Shown: positions 18,472 through 29,043, counted from the stretch's first letter. The stretch: DNA of 64,000 nt from Alphaproteobacteria bacterium (GCA_965232515.1 CBDDPY010000002.1:5920001-5984000); one strand, 5' to 3'. Program-made: numbers and translations. Notes: a model not told the origin generated them from the sequence alone.

Positions 18472-20097
18472 CTACCGTCGTTTGAGCTCGTAGCCGGCTG
18501 CGTCGCGGTCCCAGGTCTTGGGCGTGATGCCGGCGTCGCGGAGGTGATGTTTCTGCAGCTTGCCTGTGGCGGTCTTCGGCAGCGCCTCGAGGACCTCGAC
18601 AAAGCGCGGGACGGCGTAGCGCGGCATGCGTTCGGCGCAATAGTCGAGGAGCGCCGTCTCGACCACGGCGGCGCCCGCGGCCGGCACGAGGCAGGCCTTG
18701 ACTTCTTCCTCGCCGCCGGCATCGGCCGTCCTGACCCCGACGACGGCGCTCTCGGCGATGGCGGGGTGGGCGTTCAGGACCTGCTCGACCTCGAACGAGG
18801 AGATGTTCTCGCCGCGGCGGCGGATGCAGTCCTTGATGCGGTCGACGAAGTGGTAGCGGCCGAGCCCGTCGCGATAGCCCGCATCGCCCGTGTGGAACCA
18901 GAGATTGCGCCAGGCCTCGACGGTTTTGTCCGGCATCTGGTGATAGCCGGCCATGAAGGCGCCGGGCACCTTGGGCCGGACCACCATCTCGCCGACCATA
19001 TTGTCGCCCAGTGGCCTGTCGGTCTCGGGATCGACGATGTCCATCTCGAAGAACTCGTCCAGCAGGTGGCCGGCGCAGCCCGGGATCAGCGGATCCTCCG
19101 GCCGGCCGTAGAGCGGCATGCCGCATTCGGTCATACCGAAGAGCTGGATGATCTTGACACCGAAGCGGGCCTCGAAGGCCTCGCCCCAGGCGCCGATGGG
19201 CACGGCGCAGATGAAGCGCAAGCCGTGGTCGCGGTCGCGCGGCGTCTCCGGCTGCTGGAAGATGAACTCGGACATGACGCCGAGCGCGTTGGTCATGGTG
19301 GCGCCGCAGCCGCGCAGCTCGTCGAGCCAGCGGCGCGGGCTGAAGCGCTCGACCACGTGCGCCCGGCCGCCGGCGACCAGCGTGCCGAGCGCCTGGATCA
19401 ACAACGCGTTCGCGTGGAACAGCGGCATGCAGACGTAATAGACGTCGTCCCCGGTCAGGGCGACAGCTTCGGTCAGCGTCAGCGCGCTCAGATAACAGTG
19501 CGCGTGCGGCATCAGCACGCCCTTGGCCGGGCCCGTGGTGCCCGAGGTGTACATGATGCACGCGACGTCGCCCGGCGACGGCGTGACCAGGACGTCGGCC
19601 GGCGCCGGCGCGGCCGCTAGCAGGTCCGGCCAGGCGAGCGTTTCGGACGCCGCCAGCACGGCCGGCGGCGCTGCCGGCGCGTCGCCGCCGACAAAGACGG
19701 TGTGCGTCTGGCTCGCCGCATCAGCGTCTATTTTGGCGAAGGCATCGTCGAGCAGACTCTCGCAGAAGATCAGCTTGGGCGCCGAATTGCGTAGCTGATG
19801 TTCGAGAAAGGCGCCTTTGAGTTCCGTGTTGATGGTCACGAAAACGGCGCCCAGCTTCTGCACGGCCAGCATCGCCGGCATGAATTCAGGCCGGTTCTTC
19901 AACAGCGCCATCACTCTGTCGCCGGGCCCGACGCCGAGGCTGGCAAGGCGGCGGGCAAGGTCGTCGGACTGGGCATCGAGGTCGGCGAACGTCAGCCGTG
20001 TGCCATCCTCGAAGCTCAGGAATTCCCGCGCACCCAGCCGCGCCGCCTGCCGGCGAACCAGGTGCACCAGGGTCCAGTTCTGATAATCGTCCCGCAT
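18472..20097 (-). CDS. ATP-dependent acyl-CoA ligase (CaiC-like)
   Basis: YTSGTTGPAKG, FGMTE, FHTGD, DRIKDCIRRRGENISSFEVE, PKTATGK. Confidence 0.94.
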   Translation of the reverse strand: MRDDYQNWTLVHLVRRQAARLGAREFLSFEDGTRLTFADLDAQSDDLARRLASLGVGPGDRVMALLKNRPEFMPAMLAVQKLGAVFVTINTELKGAFLEHQLRNSAPKLIFCESLLDDAFAKIDADAASQTHTVFVGGDAPAAPPAVLAASETLAWPDLLAAAPAPADVLVTPSPGDVACIMYTSGTTGPAKGVLMPHAHCYLSALTLTEAVALTGDDVYYVCMPLFHANALLIQALGTLVAGGRAHVVERFSPRRWLDELRGCGATMTNALGVMSEFIFQQPETPRDRDHGLRFICAVPIGAWGEAFEARFGVKIIQLFGMTECGMPLYGRPEDPLIPGCAGHLLDEFFEMDIVDPETDRPLGDNMVGEMVVRPKVPGAFMAGYHQMPDKTVEAWRNLWFHTGDAGYRDGLGRYHFVDRIKDCIRRRGENISSFEVEQVLNAHPAIAESAVVGVRTADAGGEEEVKACLVPAAGAAVVETALLDYCAERMPRYAVPRFVEVLEALPKTATGKLQKHHLRDAGITPKTWDRDAAGYELKRR

Positions 20098-20159
20098 CGC
20101 TCCGCGCTCATCTTAGGGCGCGGGGGAACGCGTCGCCAGATCGCGGCCTGCCTTAATGC

Positions 20160-20178
20160 AATAGGGACTGTCCCTATT
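20160..20178. repeat. 19-bp palindrome AATAGGGAC-T-GTCCCTATT, copy 1
   Basis: Identical at 23769-23787; variants at 26061-26078 and 34750-34766. Confidence 0.85.
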
Positions 20179-20377
20179 TCGGCAGGTGTTGGCGGGGCTC
20201 GCCGCAAATCCGAGTTGGATCGAAAGGCAGATCGGCGAGTTGGGCCAGGGTCATCTGCTGCAGGGCGGGGTGGGCGAGGGGGTCGCGGCACCAGGTCTGC
20301 CGGTGGTGAGCCGCGACGGCGGCACGGCCGGACTCGCGGCGGAGATGGTGAATCAGGTGTTTAAGTAGATTTAGCAT
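20174..20377 (-). CDS. Small DUF1127-like protein divergent from the LysR gene
   Basis: DPLAHPALQQMTLAQLADLPF resembles the LxxMSxxxLxDL motif; typical context. Confidence 0.6.
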   Translation of the reverse strand: MLNLLKHLIHHLRRESGRAAVAAHHRQTWCRDPLAHPALQQMTLAQLADLPFDPTRICGEPRQHLPK

Positions 20378-20448
20378 ACCTAGAAGGTATGCAGGCCCTA
20401 CCATGGTTGGTATGGACTAAAATTGGACGATTGTTTAGTACGACTATA
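20370..20448. promoter_or_regulatory. Putative LysR operator sites (TTTAG-N5-CTA)
   Basis: TTTAGCATACCTAGA 20370-20384 and TTTAGTACGACTATA 20434-20448 in the AT-rich divergent region. Confidence 0.5.
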
Positions 20449-21377
20449 TGCGGAATCTGAACCGGGTGAACCTTGGCGGCTTGCGGGCGGTGGAGGCGGT
20501 GGGGCGGCTCGGTGGGCTCAAGGCGGCGGCGGACGAGCTTGGCGTGACGGTGGGCGCCGTGAGCCAGCAGGTCCAGAAGACCGAGCGGCAGCTCGGCCGG
20601 GCGCTGTTCGAGCGGCGGCCGAAAGGGCTGCGGCTGACGGCGCACGGGGAGGCGGTGCTGCGGCATCTGACGAGCGGGCTGTCGGAGCTGTCGGCGGCCG
20701 TGGCGCTCGCGGCGCGCGCGCGGGAGGACACGCTGACTGTCTCGGTGCCGCCGGTGTTCGCGGGCAAATGGCTGGTCTGGCGGCTGGCGGACTTTCACGA
20801 CAAGCATCCCGACATCCGCATCCGCGTCGACGCTTCGACGACGCTGGTCGATCCCAACGTCTCCGACGTCGATGTCTGCATCCGCGTCGGTCGCGGGACC
20901 TGGCCGGACGTGCAGGCCGAGGAGCTGTTGCCGCAGCGGGTGTTCCCGGTCTGCAGCCCGGCGCTGGCGGCCGAACTCGAAACGCCTGCCGATCTCGGTC
21001 GGGTGCCGATCGTCCGCGATGGGCACGCCATGTTCGAATGGCGGGTCTGGCTCGGGCCGAACGGGCTCGACGAGGCCATTCTCGGCGACGGGCCGACCTT
21101 TTCCGATGCGTCCTTATGCCTCGATGCGGCGATCGTCGGGCAGGGCGTGTTCCTCGCCTGGGAGACGCTCGCGGTCGACGCGCTGACGGCCGGTACGCTG
21201 GTGGCGCCGTTTCCCGGCCGCTTCCCGACGGGCGACGCCTACTGGTCCATCGTCGGCCGCCATGGCCGTAAGACACCCGCCGTGCGCGCCTTCGAGGCCT
21301 GGCTGCGCGAGCAACTGGAACTGGCCCTCCCGGCCCGGACCGGGGACGGGTCGGTTGCTGTGACGGAGGGAGCATAG
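20448..21377 (+). CDS. LysR-family regulator (GcvA-like)
   Basis: AAADELGVTVGAVSQQV HTH, KWLVWRLADF, DAAIVGQGV. Confidence 0.94.
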   Translation: MRNLNRVNLGGLRAVEAVGRLGGLKAAADELGVTVGAVSQQVQKTERQLGRALFERRPKGLRLTAHGEAVLRHLTSGLSELSAAVALAARAREDTLTVSVPPVFAGKWLVWRLADFHDKHPDIRIRVDASTTLVDPNVSDVDVCIRVGRGTWPDVQAEELLPQRVFPVCSPALAAELETPADLGRVPIVRDGHAMFEWRVWLGPNGLDEAILGDGPTFSDASLCLDAAIVGQGVFLAWETLAVDALTAGTLVAPFPGRFPTGDAYWSIVGRHGRKTPAVRAFEAWLREQLELALPARTGDGSVAVTEGA

Positions 21378-21415
21378 TTGTCGGTTTGCGCGGCAGGCGG
21401 GACGGCCGGATTTTC

Positions 21416-21498
21416 ACCACAGAGCACACAGAGATTTTTTATCGGCGCTTCGCGCCAACAAACCTTTGGTTCTCTGTGTCCTCTGTGTCCTCTGTGGT
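21416..21498. repeat. CACAGAG-armed hairpin element, copy 1
   Basis: ACCACAGAG..CACAGAG arms inverted to CTCTGTG..CTCTGTGGT around a central GGCGC hairpin. Confidence 0.88.
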
Positions 21499-21537
21499 TA
21501 AACTTGGTGTCTGTTGTTGAGTAGGAAAGGACGCAGC

Positions 21538-22002
21538 GTGCAGGTTTCGATTCGGGAAGACGATTTGCGGGGGCCGGAGATCGCGACGCTGCTGGGCGCG
21601 CATCTCGACCAGATGGCGGACCAGTCGCCGCCCGAGAGCCGGCATGCCCTCGACCTCGATGGCCTGCGCGTGCCCGATGTGACGTTCTGGTGCGCCTGGG
21701 AGGGTCCGGACCTGCTCGGTTGCGGCGCACTGAAGGAGCTCGATCCGCAGCACGGCGAGATCAAGTCCATGCACACGTCGCAAGCCCATCGCGGCCGCGG
21801 CGTCGCCGCCCAGATCCTCACCCACATCATCGACACCGCCCGCGGCCGCGGCTACCGCCGCCTCAGCCTCGAGACAGGTTCCATGGCCGCCTTCGCCCCC
21901 GCCCGCGCCCTCTACGAACGCTTCGGCTTCACCTACTGCCCGCCTTTCGCCGGCTACCGCGAAGATCCTCACAGCGTGTTCATGATGCTCGAACTGACCT
22001 AG
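21538..22002 (+). CDS. GNAT acetyltransferase (YsnE-like)
   Basis: SPPESRHALD, GCGALKEL, EIKSMHT, RGRGVA, SLETG. Confidence 0.92.
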   Translation: MQVSIREDDLRGPEIATLLGAHLDQMADQSPPESRHALDLDGLRVPDVTFWCAWEGPDLLGCGALKELDPQHGEIKSMHTSQAHRGRGVAAQILTHIIDTARGRGYRRLSLETGSMAAFAPARALYERFGFTYCPPFAGYREDPHSVFMMLELT

Positions 22003-22117
22003 ATCGAAGAATCCGGACCCGTTTTCGGAGTATCCCGGTCTTGGTTTGCCGGGTTGCGCTGCTGTTGCTGCGCGGAGCCGGCTGGTATCTTTCCACGGCG
22101 AGGACGGGAGGATGGGC

Positions 22118-23770
22118 ATGAGCGTTGTGGCAGCCCATGAAAGAGAGCGCGAACCGGATAGCGGGGTCGGCGAGCGCTATGAGGTCATCATCATCGGCGC
22201 GGGGTTGTCGGGGATGTATCAGCTTCACAAGCTGCGGGGGCTGGGGGTTTCCGTGCGGGTGTTCGAGGCCGGCGATGGGGTTGGGGGGACGTGGTATTGG
22301 AACCGGTATCCGGGGGCGCGGTTCGATTCCGAGAGCTGGACGTATGGGTTTTCGTTTTCGCAGGACCTGCTGGACGGGTGGGACTGGTCGGAGCATTTCT
22401 CGGCGCAGCCGGAGACGTTGCGGTACTGCAATTACGTGGCCGACGAGCTGGATGTGCGGCGGGACATTACTTTCGAAAGTCGGGTCGAGGCGGCGGTCTA
22501 TGACGAGGACGCCAACGCGTGGGAATTGATGTTTACCGATGGGCGGCGGGCGCGCTGCCGGTTTCTGATTACCGCGATCGGGCCGTTGTCGGCGCCGACC
22601 ATGCCGGTGATCCCGGGCGTCGGGGAGTTCGAGGGCGAGGCGTATCACACCGGGTTGTGGCCGCATGAGCCGGTGAGCTTCGCGGGCAAGCGGGTCACGG
22701 TGATCGGCACGGGCGCGACGGGCGTGCAGGCGATTACCGAGATCGCCAAGACAGTGGGCGAGCTGACCGTGTTTCAGCGCACGCCGAACTGGTGCGCGCC
22801 CTTGCACAACAGTCCGATCGACGCCGAGACGCAGGCGGAGATCCACGCCAGATATCCGGAGATCTTCGAGACGTGCCGGGAGTCGTTTGGGTGCTTCATC
22901 CATGCGGCCGATCCGCGCAACGCGCTCGAGGTCTCGGCCGAGGAGCGCGAGGCGACCTTTCAGAGGCTCTACGACTCGCCGGGCTTCGGCATCTGGATGG
23001 GGAACTTCCGCGACCTGCTGATCGACGAGACCGCGAACGCCACCATCACCGAGTTCATGACGCGGAAGATCCGCGAGCGGGTCAACGATCCCGAGCTGGC
23101 CGAGAAGCTGATCCCGACGAACCACGGTTTCGGCACGCGGCGGGTGCCGCTGGAGAGCGGCTATTACGAGGTCTTCAACCAGCCGAACGTGCGGCTGGTC
23201 GATATTCGAGAAACGCCGATTGAGCGGATCACGCCGACCGGCATCCGGACCTCGGACGCCGACTATGCGTTCGACATGATCGTCTACGCCACCGGCTTCG
23301 ACGCCATCACCGGCGCGTTCGACCGCATCGACATCACCGGGCGGGGCGGGCGGAAGCTGAAGGACAAGTGGGCCGAGGGTCCGCGCACGTATCTGGGGCT
23401 GCAGATCGCCGGCTTTCCGAACATGCTGACGTTGGTCGGGCCGCACAACGCCGCCACGTTCTGCAACATACCCCGGTGTATCGAGCAGAACGTCGAGTGG
23501 GTGACCGACCTGTTGCGGCACATGCGGGCAAAGGATCTGACGCGGGTCGAGGCGACGGTCGCGGCCGAGGACGAATGGACGGGCCATGTGCACGAAACGG
23601 CCGAGCGCATGCTGCTGATGAAGGCGGATTCCTGGATGACCGGCATCAACCGCAACGTGCCCGGCCGGCAGACGCGGACCTTCATGGCCTATGCCGGCGG
23701 CGCGCCGAAGTACCGCGAGAAATGCGACGAGGTCGCCGCCAGCGGCTACGCGGGCTTCGAACTGAGCTAA
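22118..23770 (+). CDS. Baeyer-Villiger monooxygenase (cyclohexanone/phenylacetone type)
   Basis: GAGLSG, GGTWYWNRYPGARFD, fingerprint FEGEAYHTGLWP, GTGATG, ATGFD. Confidence 0.95.
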   Translation: MSVVAAHEREREPDSGVGERYEVIIIGAGLSGMYQLHKLRGLGVSVRVFEAGDGVGGTWYWNRYPGARFDSESWTYGFSFSQDLLDGWDWSEHFSAQPETLRYCNYVADELDVRRDITFESRVEAAVYDEDANAWELMFTDGRRARCRFLITAIGPLSAPTMPVIPGVGEFEGEAYHTGLWPHEPVSFAGKRVTVIGTGATGVQAITEIAKTVGELTVFQRTPNWCAPLHNSPIDAETQAEIHARYPEIFETCRESFGCFIHAADPRNALEVSAEEREATFQRLYDSPGFGIWMGNFRDLLIDETANATITEFMTRKIRERVNDPELAEKLIPTNHGFGTRRVPLESGYYEVFNQPNVRLVDIRETPIERITPTGIRTSDADYAFDMIVYATGFDAITGAFDRIDITGRGGRKLKDKWAEGPRTYLGLQIAGFPNMLTLVGPHNAATFCNIPRCIEQNVEWVTDLLRHMRAKDLTRVEATVAAEDEWTGHVHETAERMLLMKADSWMTGINRNVPGRQTRTFMAYAGGAPKYREKCDEVAASGYAGFELS

Positions 23771-23890
23771 TAGGGACTGTCCCTATTTTCTTCGGCAGTC
23801 GGGTTTAGCCACAGAGAACACAGAGTTCACAGAGAACCATAGTTGGTTGGCGCGAAGCGCCGAAAAACAAACCTCTGTGCTCTCTGTGGT
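23769..23890. repeat. 19-bp palindrome copy 2 (23769-23787) and CACAGAG hairpin element copy 2 (23808-23890)
   Basis: The CACAGAG copy is the reverse-complement homologue of 21416-21498. Confidence 0.85.
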
Positions 23891-23920
23891 TGGTCCCTTT
23901 TCGCTCCGGCGCGGGCCGGT

Positions 23921-25207
23921 TCAGGCGAGGTTCTTGCCGCCGTAGCGGCGGACGCGGAGGTCGGCCTGCTCCTTGTGGCCGGCGAAGTTCTCGATGGCGC
24001 AGAGGCGCGAGCAGTATTCGCCGATCTCGACGCTGGCCTCCTCGGTGCAGCGCTGGTAGGTGCAGGTCTTCAGGAACTTGCCGACCCAGAGGCCGCCGGT
24101 ATAGCGGGCGGCGCCCTTGGTCGGCAGCGTGTGGTTGGTGCCGATGACCTTGTCGCCGTAGGAGACGTTGGTCTCGGGCCCCAGGAACAGCGCGCCGTAG
24201 TTGCGCATGTTGTCCAGAAAGTATTGCGGGTCAGACGTCAGGATCTGCACGTGCTCGGCGGCGACGCGGTCGCCTTCGCGCAGCATCTCAGCATCGTCCT
24301 CGCAGAGGATGATCTCGCCATAGTCCCGCCAGGCGGCGCCCGCGACCTCGGCGGTGGCGAGACGGCCGAGCTGGCGGTCGATCTCGGCTTGAAGCTCGTG
24401 CGCGAGCTTGTCGGACGTGGTGATCAGCGTCGCCGGCGAGGTCGGACCGTGCTCGGCCTGGCCGAGCAGGTCGGTCGCGACCATCTCGACGTCGGCGGTG
24501 TCGTCGGCGATGACCAGGACCTCGGTGGGGCCGGCGAACAGGTCGATGCCGACGCGGCCGTAGAGCTGGCGCTTGGCCTCGGCGACGAAGGCGTTGCCGG
24601 GACCGACCAGCATATCGACGGGATCGATTAAGTCGGTGCCGAGCGCCATGGCGGCGACGGCCTGCACGCCGCCGAGGCAATAGATCTCGTCGGCGCCGGC
24701 GAGCGCCATGGCGGCGATGGTGGCGGGGTGCGGTTCGCCCTGGTTCGGCGGCGTGCAGGCGGCGACGCGCTCGACGCCCGCGACCTTGGCCGTGACCACG
24801 CTCATGTGCGCGGACGCCACCATGGGGTAGCGGCCGCCCGGCACATAGCAGCCGACGCTGCCCACGGGGATGTTCTTGTGGCCGAGGATGACGCCGGGCC
24901 GGGTCTCGACCTCGATGTCCTGCAGCGCCGCGCGCTGGGCTTCGGCGAAGTTGCGGATCTGCGTCTGGGCGAACTTGATGTCGTCGACGGTCTGCTGCGG
25001 CAGGCTGGCGATCAGCGCGTCGATCTGGGCCCGGTCCAGGCGGAAGCTGTCGGGCGACCAGTTGTCGAACTTGACGGAGAGGTCGCGCACGGCGGCGTCG
25101 CCGCGGGCCGTGATGTCAGCGATAATGTCCTCGACGGCGCGCCGGACTTTCAGGTCCTCGTCGGCCTTCGCGTCGGCGTCCTTGCCGCGTTTGATGTAAG
25201 TCGCCAT
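23921..25207 (-). CDS. Histidinol dehydrogenase homologue (stand-alone HisD/HpsN-like paralogue)
   Basis: [39 protein letters not shown]; no other his genes here. Confidence 0.9.
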   Translation of the reverse strand: MATYIKRGKDADAKADEDLKVRRAVEDIIADITARGDAAVRDLSVKFDNWSPDSFRLDRAQIDALIASLPQQTVDDIKFAQTQIRNFAEAQRAALQDIEVETRPGVILGHKNIPVGSVGCYVPGGRYPMVASAHMSVVTAKVAGVERVAACTPPNQGEPHPATIAAMALAGADEIYCLGGVQAVAAMALGTDLIDPVDMLVGPGNAFVAEAKRQLYGRVGIDLFAGPTEVLVIADDTADVEMVATDLLGQAEHGPTSPATLITTSDKLAHELQAEIDRQLGRLATAEVAGAAWRDYGEIILCEDDAEMLREGDRVAAEHVQILTSDPQYFLDNMRNYGALFLGPETNVSYGDKVIGTNHTLPTKGAARYTGGLWVGKFLKTCTYQRCTEEASVEIGEYCSRLCAIENFAGHKEQADLRVRRYGGKNLA

Positions 25208-25288
25208 CGTTTCCGCCTCGCTTTCGATGTCCCCGCTTTTGCGCGATTGTGTGGGGCAGATCTGCGGGATGCAAGGGGAGGCGATGGA

Positions 25289-26053
25289 ATGGCGATGGCG
25301 CAGCAGCAGGGATTTCGGCTCGACGGCAAGACAGCGGTGGTGACCGGCGCGGGGCGGGGCATCGGGCGCGCCTGTGCGCTGGCGCTGGCGGCGGCCGGCG
25401 CCGAGGTGGTGGCGATGAGCCGGACGGAAAGCGAGCTCGCGACACTGACGGACGAGGCGGCGGAGAGCGGCGGCGTCTGCCGGGCGGAGGTCTGCGACGT
25501 CACCGACATCGACGTGGTCACGGCCGTGTTCGGCGCCCTGCCGCGCCTCGACGTGCTGGTGAACAATGCCGGCAGCAATCAGCCGCAGCCGTTTCTCGAG
25601 GTTGAGACGGATGTGCTCGACCGGTTGCTGGACCTCAATCTCAGGGCCGCGTTCCTGGTGGCGCAGGTGGCGGCGCGGGTGATGGTGCGCCAGGACGAGG
25701 GCGGCGTCATCGTCAACATGTCCTCGCAGATGGGCCATGTGGGCGGACCGACGCGCAGCGTCTATTGCGCCACCAAGCACGCGCTGGAAGGCATGACCAA
25801 GGCGGCGGCGATCGAGCTGGCGCCGCTCGGCGTGCGCATGGTGACGGTCGGGCCGACCTTCGTCGAGACGCCGCTGGCGCAACGCTTTCTGGCTGATCCC
25901 GATTTCAAGATCGACGTGCTCGACCGCATTCCGATGGGCCGTATCGGCCGGGCCGAAGAGGTGGCGAACGCCGTCCTGTTCCTGGCCTCGCCCGCCGCCA
26001 GCCTGATCACCGGCACGCATCTGCTGGTCGACGGCGGCTGGACGGCGCGCTAA
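25289..26053 (+). CDS. Classical SDR oxidoreductase
   Basis: [22 protein letters not shown]. Confidence 0.93.
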   Translation: MAMAQQQGFRLDGKTAVVTGAGRGIGRACALALAAAGAEVVAMSRTESELATLTDEAAESGGVCRAEVCDVTDIDVVTAVFGALPRLDVLVNNAGSNQPQPFLEVETDVLDRLLDLNLRAAFLVAQVAARVMVRQDEGGVIVNMSSQMGHVGGPTRSVYCATKHALEGMTKAAAIELAPLGVRMVTVGPTFVETPLAQRFLADPDFKIDVLDRIPMGRIGRAEEVANAVLFLASPAASLITGTHLLVDGGWTAR

Positions 26054-26076
26054 CCGCGAAAATAGGGCCTGTCCTA

Positions 26077-26661
26077 TTAATCGGTGTGGTGGTCGCTCGG
26101 CGGCAGGCGGTAGCGGTTGAAATGGAAGCTGGCAGAGTCGGCGGCGAGGCGGTCGACCAACTCGCCGAAATGGATGTCGTAGTGGACCGTGTGGAAGCGT
26201 TGCATCACGGCGAGCATGGCGATCTCGTCGTCGCCGTGACGCAGCGGCAGGTTCAGGCGCTCGACCAGCAGGTGGTCGCGGTCGGGGTGCAGATAGTTGG
26301 TGAAGGAGTAGATGGGCTGGCGCGCCCGAATGGTGTCGCGGAACAGGCTCAGGATTGCTTCGAGATAAATGCCCGACGTCATTTCCGAGATCTTCTGGCC
26401 GGTTCGATCCCGACCGTAATGCGCGACGATCTGGGTGCCGATCAGCCGGGCGCGGAAGTCGGCGCCGCCATCGATCACGTCCAACAGAAAGACATGCGGC
26501 ACGAGGTCGGGGATCTCGATCAGCGGATCGAGATCGGCGCGATCCGGCACGACGTCATGCAGCGCCCATTTCGACCACCAGTAGTCGGCGAAGGCCTGGA
26601 TCAGCCGATCGACCCGCGCCGAGGCCGGCAGCGCCATCAGGTCGAACGGCGGCTCTTTCAT
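26077..26661 (-). CDS. Stand-alone PAS_5-type domain protein
   Basis: [25 protein letters not shown]. Confidence 0.82.
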   Translation of the reverse strand: MKEPPFDLMALPASARVDRLIQAFADYWWSKWALHDVVPDRADLDPLIEIPDLVPHVFLLDVIDGGADFRARLIGTQIVAHYGRDRTGQKISEMTSGIYLEAILSLFRDTIRARQPIYSFTNYLHPDRDHLLVERLNLPLRHGDDEIAMLAVMQRFHTVHYDIHFGELVDRLAADSASFHFNRYRLPPSDHHTD

Positions 26662-26896
26662 TCGGCTATCCCTCGTTGCCGAAGACCCCCAACACGAACC
26701 GATGACGGACAACCTGCCCCCAAGCAGTGACGCCTAGACTATCACGAATTCGCCCGCGCGCCCGCGCCTGCGAACGATTTCGTGACGTAATTCACATCTT
26801 TCGGGTCGACCTGAGACCAAAATCGCCACCGCATCGACGCCGCCGCGCCGGTGTAGAGTGGGACATTCCGAAACCGGGGGTCGTGAGGAGGGCAGC

Positions 26897-27985
26897 ATGG
26901 CCAAAGCGAAACGAAAGAGTACGAAGAGGACGTCGAACTACGATCCCATCCAGGACGGCATCTGCCGGGTGCCGGAAGCGGCGGCGCGCACGTTCGGTCC
27001 GGAGATCGATCCGGTCCGGGCCGCGGCAATTTTGAGCACCGACAAGAAGTGGGTGAACGGCACCAAGATTCATTACTACCTTTACAAGTCCGGGCCCTGG
27101 AGGGGCGCCAACGACCAGTACGCCGCCGTGCGCCGTGCGTTCAAGGCCTGGAAGGATATCGGCATCGGCCTGGAGTTCGCCGAGGTCAGCACGCCCGAAG
27201 AGTCGGAGGTGCGCATCGGCTTCCTGCGCGGCGACGGCTCGTGGTCTTACGTGGGCCGCGACGTGCTGCAACGGCCGTTGAACGAGCGGACGATGAATTT
27301 CGGCTGGAACGTCGCCAGCACGAGCGGCTTCGACACCGCGTTGCACGAGATCGGTCATACGCTCGGCCGGCCGCACGAGCACCAGAATCCGAACGCCGGC
27401 ATCGACTGGGACGAGGAGGCGGTCTACGCGGCGCTGGCGAAGCCGCCGAACCGCTGGTCGCGGCAACAGACCTTCCACAACATTATTCGAAAGATCGATC
27501 CGGACAGCGTGCAGGGCTCGGCCTGGGATCCGAAGTCGATCATGCACTATCCGTTCGAGGCCGCGCTGATCGACGGGCCGGCCCCCTACAGCAACACCGG
27601 CATCTTCCCGCCGGGCGGCCTGTCGCCGGTCGACAAGAAATGGATGAAGGTCTTCTACCCGCCGCTGAAGCCGGCCGACCATCCGGAGCTGAAGCCGTTC
27701 CGCTCGGCCATGCTGTCGCTGGCGCCGGGCGCGCAGGCGAACTTCCTGATCAAGCCGACCTACACGCGGCGCTACGACTTCCGCACCTTCGGCGCGTCGG
27801 ACACCGTGATGGTGCTGTTCGAACGCGCGAGCGGCGAGCTGCGTTACCGCACGGCCGACGACGACAGCGGCCAGGACCGCAACGCCAGCTTCAGCTACCG
27901 GCTGACCCGCGGCCGCGAATACGTGCTGCGCATCCGGCTCTATTACAGCTGGTCGTCGGGCGAGACCGCGGTGATGTACTGGTAG
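26897..27985 (+). CDS. Metzincin zinc metallopeptidase (M12A/astacin-like) with C-terminal PPC-like domain
   Basis: GSWSYVG, HEIGHTLGRPHEHQ, Met-turn SIMHY, C-terminal DDDSG; no signal peptide seen. Confidence 0.92.
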   Translation: MAKAKRKSTKRTSNYDPIQDGICRVPEAAARTFGPEIDPVRAAAILSTDKKWVNGTKIHYYLYKSGPWRGANDQYAAVRRAFKAWKDIGIGLEFAEVSTPEESEVRIGFLRGDGSWSYVGRDVLQRPLNERTMNFGWNVASTSGFDTALHEIGHTLGRPHEHQNPNAGIDWDEEAVYAALAKPPNRWSRQQTFHNIIRKIDPDSVQGSAWDPKSIMHYPFEAALIDGPAPYSNTGIFPPGGLSPVDKKWMKVFYPPLKPADHPELKPFRSAMLSLAPGAQANFLIKPTYTRRYDFRTFGASDTVMVLFERASGELRYRTADDDSGQDRNASFSYRLTRGREYVLRIRLYYSWSSGETAVMYW

Positions 27986-27992
27986 GCGGGAT

Positions 27993-28043
27993 TTTGCGCT
28001 CACGGCAGCGGACCCTTTCGGGTCCCCGCCTGCGCGGGCGCGC
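27993..28043. repeat. 51-bp structured repeat, copy 1
   Basis: 50/51 identical to 31487-31537; contains the GGACCC-TTTC-GGGTCC hairpin. Confidence 0.88.
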
Positions 28044-28504
28044 TAACGGCGGCGGAACAGGACGGCGTGGACCTCGGCGTCGGTCCAACGACGTTCCTCC
28101 GGCGTCAGGTGCTGGCCAACGCCGTCGGCGATGCTCCCGGCGTCGGGATGTCCGTTGGCGATCGCCATCCGGCACCAGAAATAGGCCCGCCGATGTCTGG
28201 GCCGCACGCCCTGACCGGTGAGGTAGCAGCGCGCGAGCCAATATTGCGCGCGGGCGTCGTCCTGTTCGGCGGCCATGCGGAACCAGTGCATGGCATGGGC
28301 CGGGTCTTGCGGCAGGCCGTCGCCCATGAGATAGCGCAGACCCAGCACCAGCTGCGCCGCTGCATGGCCCTCGCCGGCAGCGAAAATCAGCCGCGCGACG
28401 CTTGTCTCGGTCTCGGTCCCTTCCTCGGTCTCGGCGCGCAGGATGGTCGCGCCCAGATCGATTGGCGCGGCGGGAGCCGGTTCTTTCATGACAGCCTGCA
28501 ACAT
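28043..28504 (-). CDS. Sel1-repeat protein A
   Basis: AQLVLGLRYLMGDGLPQD..AMHWFRMAAEQ..AQYWLARCYLTGQGV..AYFW. Confidence 0.9.
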   Translation of the reverse strand: MLQAVMKEPAPAAPIDLGATILRAETEEGTETETSVARLIFAAGEGHAAAQLVLGLRYLMGDGLPQDPAHAMHWFRMAAEQDDARAQYWLARCYLTGQGVRPRHRRAYFWCRMAIANGHPDAGSIADGVGQHLTPEERRWTDAEVHAVLFRRR

Positions 28505-28536
28505 CCTTCGTCCCTCATGCCGGTGTCCGGCAGGCC

Positions 28537-28631
28537 AAAAAAGGGTGCCGCCAAATCAGGTCCGGCGGCGCCATTGGCACTTTTCCCCGACGCCTCAGCC
28601 GGGAGAGAAGAAGGTGGGTCTGCGGCGGCGG
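28537..28631 (-). ncRNA. Candidate two-hairpin sRNA/leader A
   Basis: Hairpin with CU-rich loop, then GGCGCCGCC/GGCGGCACC hairpin and U6 tract. Confidence 0.5.
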
Positions 28632-28764
28632 CGAATGTTTTTCTTTGAAAACTAGCGAATCTGTGCGCCGCCGTCGTTGCATGAGCGTCTCAACTTTGTT
28701 GTGCGGATGTCTCAGCCGGTGACGCAGCGGGGGCCACGATGCGGCGGAGACATGCCATCTACCG

Positions 28765-29028
28765 GCGCCGGCCGCGCAGGCGAACTTCCTGATCAAGCCG
28801 ACCTACACGCGGCGCTGCGATTTCCGCACCTTCGGCGGGTCGGACACCGTGATGGTGTTGTTCGAATGCAGCGACGGCGACCTGCGCTGCCGCATGGCCG
28901 ATGACGACAGCGGCCAGGACCGCAACGCCAGCTTCAGCTACCGGCTGACGCGCGGCCGCGAATACGTGCTGCGCATCCGGCTGTATTACAGCTGGTCGTC
29001 GGGCGAGACCGCGGTGATGTACTGGTAA
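28765..29028 (+). pseudogene. Orphan duplicate of the last 88 codons of the metallopeptidase gene
   Basis: Gapless match to 27722-27985 with 19 mismatches in 264 nt by manual count; in-frame TGA upstream at 28720. Confidence 0.9.
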
Positions 29029-29043
29029 GCGCCTGCCTTCTTG

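Noticed and set aside
23921-25207. Naming the gene hisD or hpsN
   Set aside because: Family is clear but neither his nor hps operon context is present
27722-29028. Diversity-generating retroelement (protease C-terminus as VR, copy as TR)
   Set aside because: Most of the 19 differences are not at adenines in either copy, and no reverse transcriptase is present
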